64,000 bases of DNA. It comes from Rebecca billardiae RCC1528 (Eukaryota; Protista; Haptophyta). The notes below the pieces were generated by a model. That model had not been told where the DNA came from. It ran no database searches and was given only the letters and a program-made list of their open reading frames with translations. The stretch is taken from the NCBI GenBank assembly GCA_965240325.2, contig OZ251234.1, positions 992,001-1,056,000 on the forward strand, given 5' to 3'. The translations under genes were made by a program, and so were the position numbers. Positions 11,260 to 22,666 of the stretch are shown one piece after another; positions within the stretch are counted from its first letter, which is position 1; each line of letters opens with the position of its first letter.

Positions 11260-12531
11260 TCAGAGCTCACTCTTCGGTATCGGCGGCGTTGCTGACGCGG
11301 ATGACGTCGACGAGTCGGACAGCGAGACCCCAGGCCTCCTCCGGCTCGTAGCGTCTGCACTGCCGTGTTGGCTCGGATGGGTCTTCGCCTCAGCCGTGGC
11401 CGGAGCAGGAGCGACAGTGGGCGAGCCCTCGGCTGCACGCGTGGCCTCCGCCTCCTCTCGCGCATCTCGGACGGCGCCCGCCATCGCGCCCAGCAGCGAG
11501 CGCTCCGAGGCGTGCGCTTGCGCGCCCTCGGCCTCCTGCCCCTGCCCGGCTGTCACGCTCACAGCCCTCCCTGCAGCCACTGGCTGCAGCTCGTCCTGCC
11601 CGAGCTCCCACGCGAACACGCCGCACAGCCCGTGGCGCACGGCCCAGCGCGCCTTGGCCGCGACGAGCGCAGGCCCGTTGAACACAAAGCCGCCCACCTC
11701 CTCCCCGGCGTCCACGCTGCCACCGCCGCGCCGCTGCACCGCGGCGCCGAGCGCCTCGGCCGCCTCGGCATACGTGCGAGCATCTGCCATGCACGCGCGC
11801 GCGTTGCCGCCGCACTCGCCCGCGGCGGCGGCGGCCGCTGCGCTGGCCGCGGTCCGGCGGCCGTAGAAGGGCACACCCAGCACGATCTTGCGCGCCGGCA
11901 CGCCCGCGCTCCGCGCCTGCTCCACCGCGCGCTCCGCGCCGCCCATCGTCGCGTGGCCAGCCGGGTCTGCGCCGTCATCGTAAGCCATTAGGTGGGCGCG
12001 GTCGATGGCCGCCCACGCGGCGCGGCCGAGGCGCAGGCCGGGGCGGAGGGCGACGCTGAGCGTAAGGCGGGTCGTGTCGGCCGAAGCCGCCGCGAGCTCG
12101 TCGAGCGCCGCGCGCACGTCCAGCACGAGCGCAGCGTACGCTTTTGCGCCGAGGCCCTGCGCGTCCAAGTCGACTCCCGACATGCCGTGCGTGGCCGCAA
12201 AGCGCGCGAGACGGCGCGCGAAGCGGCGGCGCACGGGCGGGTCGGCGGCGAACGTCGCGAACGCGCCAGATCGCCCGGCGCCGCCCACGCAGATGGACGC
12301 GTTGATCCCCGCGTCGTCCGCCGCTGCCTTCACGGCGAGCAGCCGTGTCGACACGCCGGCGCCGTCGACGTTGCCGTCGGCCGCGGGCGTGAGCGAGAAG
12401 AGGACGACGTCGGTGAGGCCGAGCTGCGCGGCACGTTGCAGTTGGACCGAGCCGAAGCGGTACTCGGGCAAGTAGCCGCCCACCACCGTGCCGGCGGTCG
12501 TCGCGACGGCGGCGGCGACGAGCGCGAGCAT
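11260..12531 (-). CDS. GH18 chitinase-like protein, catalytic motif degenerate, C-terminal KSEL
   Basis: Signal peptide, GGYLPEYR, ICVGGAG, SGVDLDAQ (DxxDxDxE position), HLMAYD, KIVLGVPFYGR, GVFAWELGQD. Confidence 0.88.
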   Translation of the reverse strand: MLALVAAAVATTAGTVVGGYLPEYRFGSVQLQRAAQLGLTDVVLFSLTPAADGNVDGAGVSTRLLAVKAAADDAGINASICVGGAGRSGAFATFAADPPVRRRFARRLARFAATHGMSGVDLDAQGLGAKAYAALVLDVRAALDELAAASADTTRLTLSVALRPGLRLGRAAWAAIDRAHLMAYDDGADPAGHATMGGAERAVEQARSAGVPARKIVLGVPFYGRRTAASAAAAAAAGECGGNARACMADARTYAEAAEALGAAVQRRGGGSVDAGEEVGGFVFNGPALVAAKARWAVRHGLCGVFAWELGQDELQPVAAGRAVSVTAGQGQEAEGAQAHASERSLLGAMAGAVRDAREEAEATRAAEGSPTVAPAPATAEAKTHPSQHGSADATSRRRPGVSLSDSSTSSASATPPIPKSEL

Positions 12532-12664
12532 CCTGTCCGGCCGGTCTCGAGGATCGCCGCTCCGGCTTGCCGCGCGGGCGCGGCTGCAGAAAGCAGCAGG
12601 GCGGCGCGCGGCGAGGAGCACGGCACGCACTGCCCGGCCTATGACGCTCGGGCGGGCTTCAACG

Positions 12665-14165
12665 ATGGAGCGCGACGACCAAGTGGACCTGCAGGTGGCT
12701 CTTGCGGAGCTCGAAGACCCGGGCGCGCTCAAGCGCACGGACGAGCACCTCGCCTCGCAGAGCCCTAACCACGAGGCATTGTTTGCGATCGCGCTCGGCG
12801 CGCGCACGATCGCGCAGCTCGGCGCGGCCGAGCCTCCGCCGACGAAGCTGACGGACGAGGATTACGGCGAGGCGATCGAGCTGCACTTCCCACCGGCCGG
12901 CACCGAGCGCACTCCCGCGCACGCCCTCGAGCCCTTCGAGATCAAGGCGTATGCGCCGCGCGCCTTCCACGGCCTGCGCACGCACTTTGGCGTCAGCGAG
13001 GCCGAGTACATGGAGGCGCTGGGCGGCGGCGCGCTGCTCGCCGAGCAGTACACGAACACAAAACCCGGCGAGCTCTTCGCCTTCACCGCCAACTACCGCT
13101 TCCTCGTGCGCACGCTCTCCAAGAGCCAGGCGCACTTCCTCGCGCGCGAGCTCGGCTCCTATGTCTCCCACCAGCGCGCGCACCGGCTCAGCCTGCTCGC
13201 GCGCTTCTTCGGGCTGTACCGCGTGCAGCGCCAGGGCGCGCCGTCGCCGATGTACGCGGTGGTGATGGGCAACGTCTTCCCCGCCGAGCGCCCGCTGCAC
13301 GAGCGCTACGACCTGCGCGGCCCCACGCTCTCGCCGTCGAGCCCAAGCTCGGCCGCGCGCTCATCGGACGAGTCGGCGGCGATGGAGCATGCGGCGGGCG
13401 GGCTGGCGCGCTCGCTGCACCTGGGCGAGTACAAGCGCGAGATGCTGCTCGAGCAGGTGCGCCGTGCGCCGCGCCGCTCGCGACGCGCGTCCCCGCCGCG
13501 GCCCGTGCGCGTGCGCACGCTGCCCCAGGGCTGGCTGACGCCTGCGCGGCCGGCCGGCCGGGACTGCGCGGTCGGACGTGCGCCCCGCTGCGCGCCCGCG
13601 CCACACAGATCGCGCTGGACTGCAAGCTGCTGGAGCGCATGGAGGTGGTGGACTACAGCCTGCTCGTGGGCATTCACTTCACCGCGCCGCCCTCCGACAA
13701 GGTCGAGGTGCGGCCGGCGGTGTGCAGGCTGGTGCCCGCGGAGCAGCCGCAGCCGGGCGGCGGGAGGCTGGCCATCGAGCGCACCACCACGCTCGCTCAG
13801 CTCTTCGGGCACGTGGACACGCTTGCGGGCGCGCTGCCGAGCAAGCTGAGTCGCCACGGCGCGGGCACGCAGGAGGTGCGCGCGCGCGCCGCGTGCGACG
13901 CCTCCCGCGCCGTCCTGTCGCCTCGCACATCGCGAACCCCTGCCACCCCCTCCTCCCCCGGCCCGGCACCACGGCGGGTGCCGCGCGCGCGCAGGTCTAC
14001 TTCATGGGGATTGTAGACATCTGCACAGAGTACAGCATGCGCCAGCAGCTCGAGATGACGCTGCACGCGCGCGAGGGCGCAGCGAACGCCGGGCGCACGA
14101 GCGTGGTCGACCCGCTGTCCTACTCAAAGCGCTTCCAGGCCTTCCTGTCGGAGCACCTCGACTAG
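12665..14165 (+). CDS. Phosphatidylinositol-phosphate kinase (PIP5K)-like protein (exons 12665-13456, 13609-13875, 13995-14165)
   Basis: IKAYAPRAF..LR..FGV, SLLARFFGLY, VVMGNVF, YDLRG, DYSLLVGIH, YFMGIVDI, SVVDP..YSKRF; two in-phase GT-AG introns. Confidence 0.88.
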
Positions 14166-15022
14166 TGTGCCGCACGCCCGACCGGGCGTCAGCCAGCGGC
14201 GGGTGCCAACAGGAGCAGCCGGCTGCTGTCTGTGACGGCGTGCGTGTCTGTCGGGTTCAGCCTGGCGACTGGCGGGCCCGGTGTGCTGGCAGCGTTGTCG
14301 ACACGGCGCCTGCAGCGCCTGGGCGACGCAGAACGGGGAACGGGCGCCTTGCCGTCACCGTGGGCCGAGTGGCGCCGCGGGCCGCCGCCTCGGACGGGTC
14401 CGGGGTCGGCCCCGGGCCCGCCGGCGCCGTTACGCCGTTACGGGCGGGCAACTTAGGACCGCAAGTTTGCCTTTGGGCTTCGGCGGGCCGTTGCGCGGTT
14501 GCGGCCGCGCCGGCCGCCGAACGCCGCGCCCGCGCGACGCGCCGCGGCCCCGTTGCCAGCCGCGCAGGCCCCGCGGCGGACTCGGACGATTACGTCGCGA
14601 CCGTGCCCCGCGGTGCCGCAATTACACTATCAGAATGCTGAATGGCAACGATGATGTTATTATTATAATAATTATAATGATCTGTAAATTCTCTCATCGG
14701 AGTGAAATCTGACTCTGAGACTGAGTCTATGCTAGCCGTGCCACCAGCCGTCCAGCGCCGCCGACGTCGTCGACGTCGGTCCGGACGCGATCGGGCACCA
14801 GTGCCGACCGACGAACTCCGTGTGTAATTAATCGGCGGGACGGACCTGTCGTCTCGGACGCCGCCTCCTGTACCTCGTTGGCTTACAGTGTGAGTCGTTA
14901 CTCGGAATCGGCAGTCATAGTAAATCGTACGGATGAGTCTCGCCGCAGACTGAGGCCGAGTAGAGCCGGACAGACTGTCTGAGCCGCGGTGCGGTCCGAC
15001 CGGCTGACTCGGTACGGGCTGT

Positions 15023-17409
15023 AGGGGGTCCATGACAGCAGCCCATTGATTTGTGATTTTCGACAACCATGCGATTTAGGTGTCTGACGAGCGTGGCGCT
15101 TGCGGAGTCACTTACAAATATGTCCCAGAGCCCAGCCCAGCCGTTGGAAGCACTCAAAACCGACTCCGCGCGCCGTCGCGCGGTCGTGCGCGCACGCCAG
15201 CTGCGCCACTGTGTCACATACAGATTCAGCCAAACGTCAAGGACTTGTTATGGCGGCTAAATGACGGTATGTCGTCGGACTTACTTATTCATAACCGTTG
15301 CAACCCGCCCCAACAAAATTAAGGTGGAATTGCTAAATTTTAGTAGGCATGATGAGTGCGCGTAGCGGTCGGTGAAAAACTACTCCAAGATCGAGCATTT
15401 TACCCATTTAATTAGAGATCCCCTACCCACACATACGCATAGACTTACCCGTTTATATATAATACGGGTGCACTCTCTTATATATATTCATATTGGTGCC
15501 TATATGTGGGTACCGTGTTCAATACTGAGACTGGGTCATCCGAATAGGCGGCCGCCGCCGCGGAGCAGTCACTGCCGCTGCTCATGCCACTCGAACAGTG
15601 CCGCAGCAGGCCCGCACGGGCCTGATGCGGGCGGCGGGCTGCGTGCCGAGGCACACTAGCAAGACCACCTCTGAGCATGCCACCATCCCAACACTCGCAG
15701 GAGAGCCCTCCGGCTCCGCCGTCGAGGCTTGCGTGCGCAGACTGGCAGTCGATTGCCGCCGCCAAGCTTGCCGCGGTCCGTTCGGCGACTTCCAAGCCCG
15801 TACTCTGTGTCACCGGCATCGTCGCCGTTCGTCGTACCCCGGCCCACGCGAGGCTGCCACCGGTTCACCACTACTGCGACGGACTGCGCGCGCTTCGCCA
15901 CGCGCTCGCCCCGAAGCTCCGCCGCTCTCCTCTCGCGCTTGAGCTCGGCGCCGTCGGCAGCCATGGCCGCCCGCTCGGCCGCAGCGCGATCTGTGCCACA
16001 GCACGCGCTGCGCTCGGCTTCGTCGGCGCGCAAGCTGGCGCGCGCAGCGTCGGCGACGGCGCGCGCGGTCGCCTTGCGCGACGAGTCCAGCTCCACCTGC
16101 TGCTCCGAGATGATCGCGTGCTCAGCAGGAGTCACGCGCTGCTCGTGCAGCGGCACCGTCACGCGGCCTGATGCGGAAATGCGCGGCGCGTCAGCGTCGG
16201 GGTGCGAGTCGAGGTCGCGGAAGGGGCAGCTGACGTGGGCGGCGCCCAGCAACTGGTCGTCGGTGTCCAGCTCCGCCAACCTCTCCGCCGCCGACGCGCC
16301 CAGCTTCCGGCTCAGGATGCGCTCCACGTCCTGGCGCTTGCCCTTCGACCACCTGTGCACGGTCATCAGCCAGTTGCCGATCATCTCGAGCCGCGGCGAG
16401 TCGTGGCGCGCCGAGATGCCGTGCACGTCCGCGCAGGCGTGCGCGACCTTCTTGGGCTTCCTCATCCCACCGTCGCCCGCGGTCTGGGCGTACGCCGCGG
16501 TGAACACTCTGACCAACTGCTTGCGCTTCCTCAAGTTCTTCTTGAGCATGAGGTCCACGAGCGTGCGGAGGAGGTCGAGGAGCACGAAGTTGAGCACCGA
16601 TGCGTACCGCGGGTGCGTGCCGGCCACGAAGCGGCAGCCAAAAGTGTGCATCACGTGAATGGCGCGCGCCGCCGCCGCCGTCTCCTCGACCTGCTCCACG
16701 CGGACGTTGATGTCTGGCGGCAGCTCGAGCCTTGACTGCTGCACGCCATCGTGGCCGTCCGCGGAGGAGGTGAGCCCCTCTGCGGTGCTGGCGGGGACCT
16801 CGGGCGGGTCGCACATGTCCATGGACACGCGCACATCATCATCCGCCACGCCCTGGACCTCGTCATGCCCGGCGCGGCGGCCCGCAAGTTGGTCGGCGTC
16901 GAGCGCTCCTTGCGGCCGAGGCGTCGGGGGAGAGTCTGAGCACGAGAGCGCGGTGTCGGGTGAGCGAGAAGGCTGCGTCGAGTCGTTGTCGATGTCCACC
17001 CCACCGCGTAGGTCATGTTCGTCTCCGCGTAGGTCGCCAGCACGTGCTGCTAGGACTCGCTCCTTGGTCGCGAGCAGCACACGTTGAGCACGCAGATGCA
17101 AATTATGAAGCACGAGCTTCGGTTGAACCACGACTCCCAGCGAGAGCCCGGTCCGCACGAGTCATGGCTACCCGTCCGCAGCCGCCCAGCCGCTTGACGA
17201 GGCGCCTGCACCGAGGTGGGTGCGCCCAATGGCGAGCGGACGGCCGTCGATGAGGGCCATCAGCCTCGCCGACCCCGTTCAGAGCTCCGCTCCCGCGCCG
17301 GGGCCAGCCGAGCGCGGATTTGGAATCTGCCGATCGCGAAAACCCGCCGAACAAGTTCTGAATGGAAAAGAAAAAAAATCAAAACTCAATTTAATCTGAT
17401 GGACCCCCT
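15023..17409. mobile_element. Non-autonomous TIR DNA transposon with 9-bp TSD (Mutator-like)
   Basis: Termini AGGGGGTCCAT (15023-15033) and ATGGACCCCCT (17399-17409), with weaker internal extension (ATTGATTTGTGATTTT vs ATTGAGTTTTGATTTT). Identical flanks ACGGGCTGT at 15014-15022 and 17410-17418. Confidence 0.8.
15656..16822 (-). CDS. Orphan ORF inside the TIR element (open frame extends to 17158; start uncertain)
   Basis: About 390-500 codons open, with a Lys/Arg-rich middle and a coiled-coil-like C-terminus. No DDE motif recognised. Confidence 0.5.
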   Translation of the reverse strand: MDMCDPPEVPASTAEGLTSSADGHDGVQQSRLELPPDINVRVEQVEETAAAARAIHVMHTFGCRFVAGTHPRYASVLNFVLLDLLRTLVDLMLKKNLRKRKQLVRVFTAAYAQTAGDGGMRKPKKVAHACADVHGISARHDSPRLEMIGNWLMTVHRWSKGKRQDVERILSRKLGASAAERLAELDTDDQLLGAAHVSCPFRDLDSHPDADAPRISASGRVTVPLHEQRVTPAEHAIISEQQVELDSSRKATARAVADAARASLRADEAERSACCGTDRAAAERAAMAADGAELKRERRAAELRGERVAKRAQSVAVVVNRWQPRVGRGTTNGDDAGDTEYGLGSRRTDRGKLGGGNRLPVCARKPRRRSRRALLRVLGWWHAQRWSC

Positions 17410-17449
17410 ACGGGCTGTTCCTGCCATAATCCCGGCCAGACTGGCTGAC

Positions 17450-20400
17450 TCCGTCAGAGACTGAACACCTCAAAGATGTGCGGGTGCCGTTTCTGGACGC
17501 TTCTAGCCTTGATCTCCTGAACATTTGTAGGGGAGATGAGTTTAGTCAGTCGACTGACTAAACTTTTTCTTCAATCAAGGCTCCTCACGACTAGGCGCCG
17601 TCTTGCACGAAATCCCTATCCTCTCGTCTGGCCACGGCCCTTGGTCTGGCGGTCTTGCATCAAATCCTGGACTCGCGAGGGCAAGGGGTGGGCCCTCTAC
17701 CTACGGCCGCCAAACCGGTAATACGCGTTCTGAGCCCGGTCTGGTTGCGGGCGGCCCGGGGCCGCCGCGCCCCGGCTGCCGGGGCGGCGACTCGGGGAGG
17801 CGAGCGTTGGCGCGCGCCCGCCGTGGCCGCGGCGGCAGCGGGGTCGTTGGGCCATCCCAGGGGTATCTGAGCCTCTCGACAAGGGGCCGTGGCTGCGCCT
17901 CGCGTGGGCTGTACTGCACGCGGGCAGCCGACACGAATGCGATGCGCCATCCAAGCGCGAGCCCGAGAGCTTTCGCGACACGGGTGCTGCGCGAGCACGT
18001 CTGAAGGAGCGGGCAAGGTCTCGAGAGGAAGCAGGGAGACCACAGAAGTGCTAGCTCGCAACGACAGTCAGGGAGCGCGAGCCGCCCCGCTGCGCTGCCT
18101 GAGCCGGTCGCCCCACGGGCACGGCCACGGGCCACGCGTGGCGGGCAAACGTGACTGCCGCGCGGCAAGGCTTGGTGAGTGTGTACATGCTTCAAGTGGC
18201 TGGTCGCTGGTAGAGCTGCTGCATCCCAATCGCGAGCAGCCAGTAACAGCGACTCGGCCGCGCCGCCGCGGCCGTGCTCCGCAGTTCTGGTGCCCGCGCG
18301 GAACTGACGGTCACGGTTGCGCACCCGCGGGCGGCGAGACCAGTCAGTGGGCCGGCTCTGCCGCCGTCCCTGAGCGTGACCCGCAGTGGCGTCGCCGGGC
18401 TTGCAGGGGGGTCTAAGCCGGCCACCCGCCCGAACCGGAGCCTGGCACGACCGTATCCGGCCCGCGCCGCCGCGCGCTGCCACAGTGGCCGGTGGCGGTG
18501 GCACGCGTCGGGCCCGCGCAGCCCGCGCGGCCCGCGCCGCCGCGCGGCCCGCGAGCGCGGGCCTCATCCGACGAATAAGACTGACGAGTATCACGAACGA
18601 ATATGGCGCCAATGCGGGATAGTGCGACTGGAGTGCTGAGCCGTGACTGACTACGTCATGCCTACCAGCCGTACGTACATCCCCGCCCACTATTCGGATG
18701 GTAGCCCGCGGTCGGCGGCGGCGAGCCGCCGATGATTGTCCCGCCGGTCGCTGTGACATCCTTCCACTTACGCCAGGTGAAGCGCAGGCCGATGACCGAC
18801 TGGAAGTCGGTGAACAGGACGAGCTGGTGCGGGCTCTCGGCGAGCGTCGTGGCGGGAGAGAAGATCTCGGCGTAGTTGTCCGACGCGTTGCCGTTCAGCG
18901 GAGCGATCGAGAAGAAGGGCCAGCCGGGGGCGAGCGGCAAGCTCGCGTGAGATGCGAGCTCGAGCTCGTACCGGCCGCGCAGCCAGCGGCCCAGGCGGTC
19001 CTCGGCGAAGAGGTCGATGACGGCAGCATCGTACGCGGTGGCATCGACCTGGACCGATGCGCGCTCGGCTGCGTGCAAGCCTCGGCAGTGCGCGACGACG
19101 CGCGTGAGCAGCCGATCGAAGATCGCCGCCTGCTGCTGCTGGCGGACGCGAATGTGCATCGGCTCCCGCCACAGGAACTCACGGTACCGCGCGACGAGGT
19201 TGTGCACAGCCTCCGCCGGCGGGCGGTACAGCTTCGCGCCGTGCTCGATGGCGACGATGGTGACGTGGCGATACACCTTACTGCTGGCGAGGCAGCCCGC
19301 GACACGGCGCTCGGACTCGACGCACGCCGCAACCAGATCGGCGTCCGCGGCGATGCCAATCTCATCGCGCCCTGCGCGGCGCGCGCGGGCACGCGCGCAG
19401 GACGCGCGTCAACACGGGCGGCGGGGGGGAGCGGGCACGGCGCGCGCGCAGCGGGATCCGATCGTACCGAGATCGAGCACGTGCTCGTCCGCCTCCCCGA
19501 GCAAGCACGGCCGCAGCGGGTAGCCGCGCTGCTGCCCGTCCTCCGCAGCCCCTGTCGTCGTCGGCAGCACGATGCCGCCGTCCGGCTGCTTCCAGGCCTT
19601 CAGGCCGACACCGAACTCGAATGGCATGCGGGCGGTCGGGAGCTGCGCGATGACCTCCTCGGGTGGCTCGGTCAGATTCATGTTCGCCACATGCAGCACG
19701 TTGCGCTTGGCCTTGAACGGCTGCGGCTCGGACTCGCCCTGCCTGGCATCACAGACGACGGGGCGGACGACGACACGCGGTGTTGGCGCGCCGCGGGTAT
19801 GCGCGCGCAGGGAGGGATCGCGGGCGGGGCGGCGCACCTCGGGCGCTTGAACGCGGTCCATGCATTCACGAAGAAGTCCAGTGCGCCCCCGCGCGCGATG
19901 AACTCCGCAAGGTTCTTCCACACCATCACCTTGCCATGCACCGTCTCGACCTCGATCTCCTCCTCCTTCCAGTTGCCGACGTGCTCGTAGACCTCCGCAG
20001 GGTGGTAGTCTGCGGTGCGCGTCTTGCCAGGCAAGTCCTCCACGAAGTAGAACCACTTTACCATGAGGGTCACTGACCCCGCGACGACTTCTTGACGACG
20101 CGGCGCACCTGCGCGAGCCCGGCGCGCTCCGAAGGCCTGCCGTTCTTCTGCAGCCACTGCACGACGACATGGTCTCCGATTCCGATATTGATGCCGCGCC
20201 AGATGACGCCGACATTCCGCAATCGTCCTCCCCGCGTGGCGGCGGTGACGAGCTCCGGCGCGGTGGCCGGCGGGAGCTCCCCGCTCCGTCCATGACTTCG
20301 ACAAACCGCGAGGGGCCGTTCGACCGGCGCTCAGCCGGAACGGAGCGACTCAACCAGGCTCGGCGGTTGCTCAAAAACCTATTCATGCCCTCCACCGCCC

Positions 20401-20517
20401 CTGGTGCAGGCCGGGCGTTGATTGGCCGTCGGTTGCTAGTGCAGTTTTAAGAAAATCTCGTGGAACGTGGCCGGAAAAGGCACCCGCACATCTTTGAGGT
20501 GCTCGGTCTGCCACGGA
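17450..20517. mobile_element. TIR DNA element carrying a BAH-domain gene
   Basis: 23-bp perfect inverted core CACCTCAAAGATGTGCGGGTGCC (17466-17488 and 20479-20501) within an imperfect ~50-bp TIR running from TCCGT to ACGGA. Candidate TSD CTGAC (17445-17449 and 20518-20522), or ACT if the ends are 1 bp further in. Confidence 0.75.
18662..20300 (-). pseudogene. BAH-domain protein gene with two introns (19743-19837, 19372-19467) and a frameshift near 20071
   Basis: Reconstructed sequence GINIGIGDHVVVQW...LAQVRRVVKKSSRGQ/VTLMVKWFYFVEDLP...HPAEVY...EEIEVETVHGKVMV...FFV follows the BAH pattern. GT-AG introns join the downstream exons in phase. The start codon is unclear. Confidence 0.65.
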
Positions 20518-22666
20518 CTGACTGAGTGAAGTAGTGAGCTGTTCGGGCTGTTGCCAGTTACTCGCACTCGGACTACTGCCACTCTGAGTCACTCACACTT
20601 CACAGTCTCACTCTCAGCACGGCTCACTGGCAGCCGGTCAGCCGCCACCGCGCACTCGGCGCCGCAGGCCGCCGACTGGCTCCGCGCGGGTCACGCGGGA
20701 CTCCGCGGTGCCACTCACACTGAAACGGTGCCAGTCAGCCGAACTCAATTACCCTGGTCAATACTACCGTGGACCGACTCAGACTGGCGACTCCGGGACC
20801 GAAGTAGTCACTGTCATCCCGATTCCCGAGCCGCTTCCGGCTTCCCGCTTCGGCGGACCCCGGCGGCGGGCGAATTGCGGCACCGGGTACTCGGTGTCCG
20901 AGACCGTGCCAGTGGCAGTCAGAGCCGAGTGTCGTCAGTTCCACGCGCCGGACATCGGCCAGCGCAGAAGTTGGTCGCCAACCAAGGCGCAACCAGCGCC
21001 ATCGTCACGGTAGAGTAGACAAGCCTCGCGGCAGATTCAGCTTCGCTTGTACGGCCGCTGATGATGCTGTGAGCCGTCAGGCTGCCGGTTCGCACAGCCT
21101 CAGCACCAGCGGTTCTCCTTCCCGGAGCGCGGCGCCATGACTGCCTAATCGCAGCATGCCGAACACCAGCGGCAGGCCAGCTCGCGCCTCCGGCGGCGGC
21201 TGTCGCAGCGGGCTGTTTGCTCGCCTGAGGTTGTCCGTCGTCACCCAGGTGTCGATGCATGCAAAGCGCGCCGAGCGCATGGTGAGGGCACGTTGCCGCT
21301 TCTCGACGCGTCGGACGGGAGGTGGTGCGTCACGCTTTGGCCGTGCACGAGGCGGCGTCTCAAAACGTGCTTGCAGCTCTGCTCGCGCGCGTTCCATGTC
21401 GGGGATTGCACCGAGGGAGGCCAGCGCCCAGGTTGGGAGTGAGGGTGCACTCAGCACTCACGAACGCCGGTTGGATCTGGAGCCTCGACGGGTGGTTGGA
21501 CCCTACCCAGCCGTACCCGGCCGGGGCGGTTGCTGATTGGTCCAAACCCTCCTCCCAACCGGCAAGTGATTCGTCTGGACGCAAAGGTCTTTTCGTCCAA
21601 GCTAGAAAGCTCGGTACTGACGAACGGTGAGTACCCAGACACTACCCATTTGATGGCCAACTGAGTAAAAGCAATGTTGGTGCCAGTGTCCTAATCATCC
21701 AATCGGGGGGTGGGCCCTTGGTCCACCCCAGTACAATTGAACATCTCCAGTGATCTTCGACGGAGGGAGATTGCAGCTCCGACCGATGTTAAAAAGCCTC
21801 CTACCAATCAACTGGTCGTTACTTCCGCCACGCACTCAAACAACAATCAAATCACCATTCATCATTGGCCCTTCATCATTCATCACAATGTTCATAATCT
21901 ATTAGATCCACTTCAAAGTGAATACGTTCAAGACGATGGTCGGGCGCGGCGAGAAATGAAACGGCGTTCCGCCCAAGTCCACACCAAGGGACCTCCCTTG
22001 TCCACACACACGAACGGGTGCGCGCCTCGCGTCAGCGGCTTAGCGCCGAGGGTCGGGGCAACGCCGCTGCCGTCGCCCTCAGTGTCGCCGCCGCTGCGTT
22101 CCGCCGCCTGCGCAGCGAGGAGCTTAGGTGTGCACGCGCTTCCTCCGTTCCTCGACGCCAGCAGCCCAGTAGCAGCGGCAGCTGCGACCGCGCGACGCGG
22201 GTGGTGGCATCCAGCATATCCACGGACGCGACCGAGAATTCACGCGCTCACGCTCACGACGCACGTTCTGGACTCTTGAAGTCCTACATGGCGGCACGGA
22301 GTGGTACTTGAAGGACCTGTCTATGTACGCGCGCGTGCGTTGCACGTCATACGGCCGCAAGTTCTGGCTCATGTGCGTGTTGACTGGGCGCGTCGACTTG
22401 TCGGTACTCAGTAATGCAGCTGTGCGCGCGCGCTGTCGACGGCGACGGCTGTGTGGAACCACTTGCGGACTCGCCCGACGGCCAGGTGCTGGGGGCTACA
22501 CTGGTGCCGAGCAGCGTGCAGCGCGCCGCTCGGGCCGTGCACCGCGAAGGCCAATGCGCTGTTCGCCTTTGCGTCGGCGCAGCAGGACGGCGTGCCACGC
22601 TCGACTGTACCGAGTATGGTAGCGATTCAGCGCAGCTGCGCAGCAGCACATTTGTTCGTTCGAACG

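Noticed and set aside
14165-14720. GC-rich ORFs after PIP5K
   Set aside because: Low-complexity translations with no domain; probably UTR or intergenic DNA.
20520-22450. Possible third mobile element or gene fragments (e.g. 21077-21457-)
   Set aside because: No termini, TSD or recognisable motif found.
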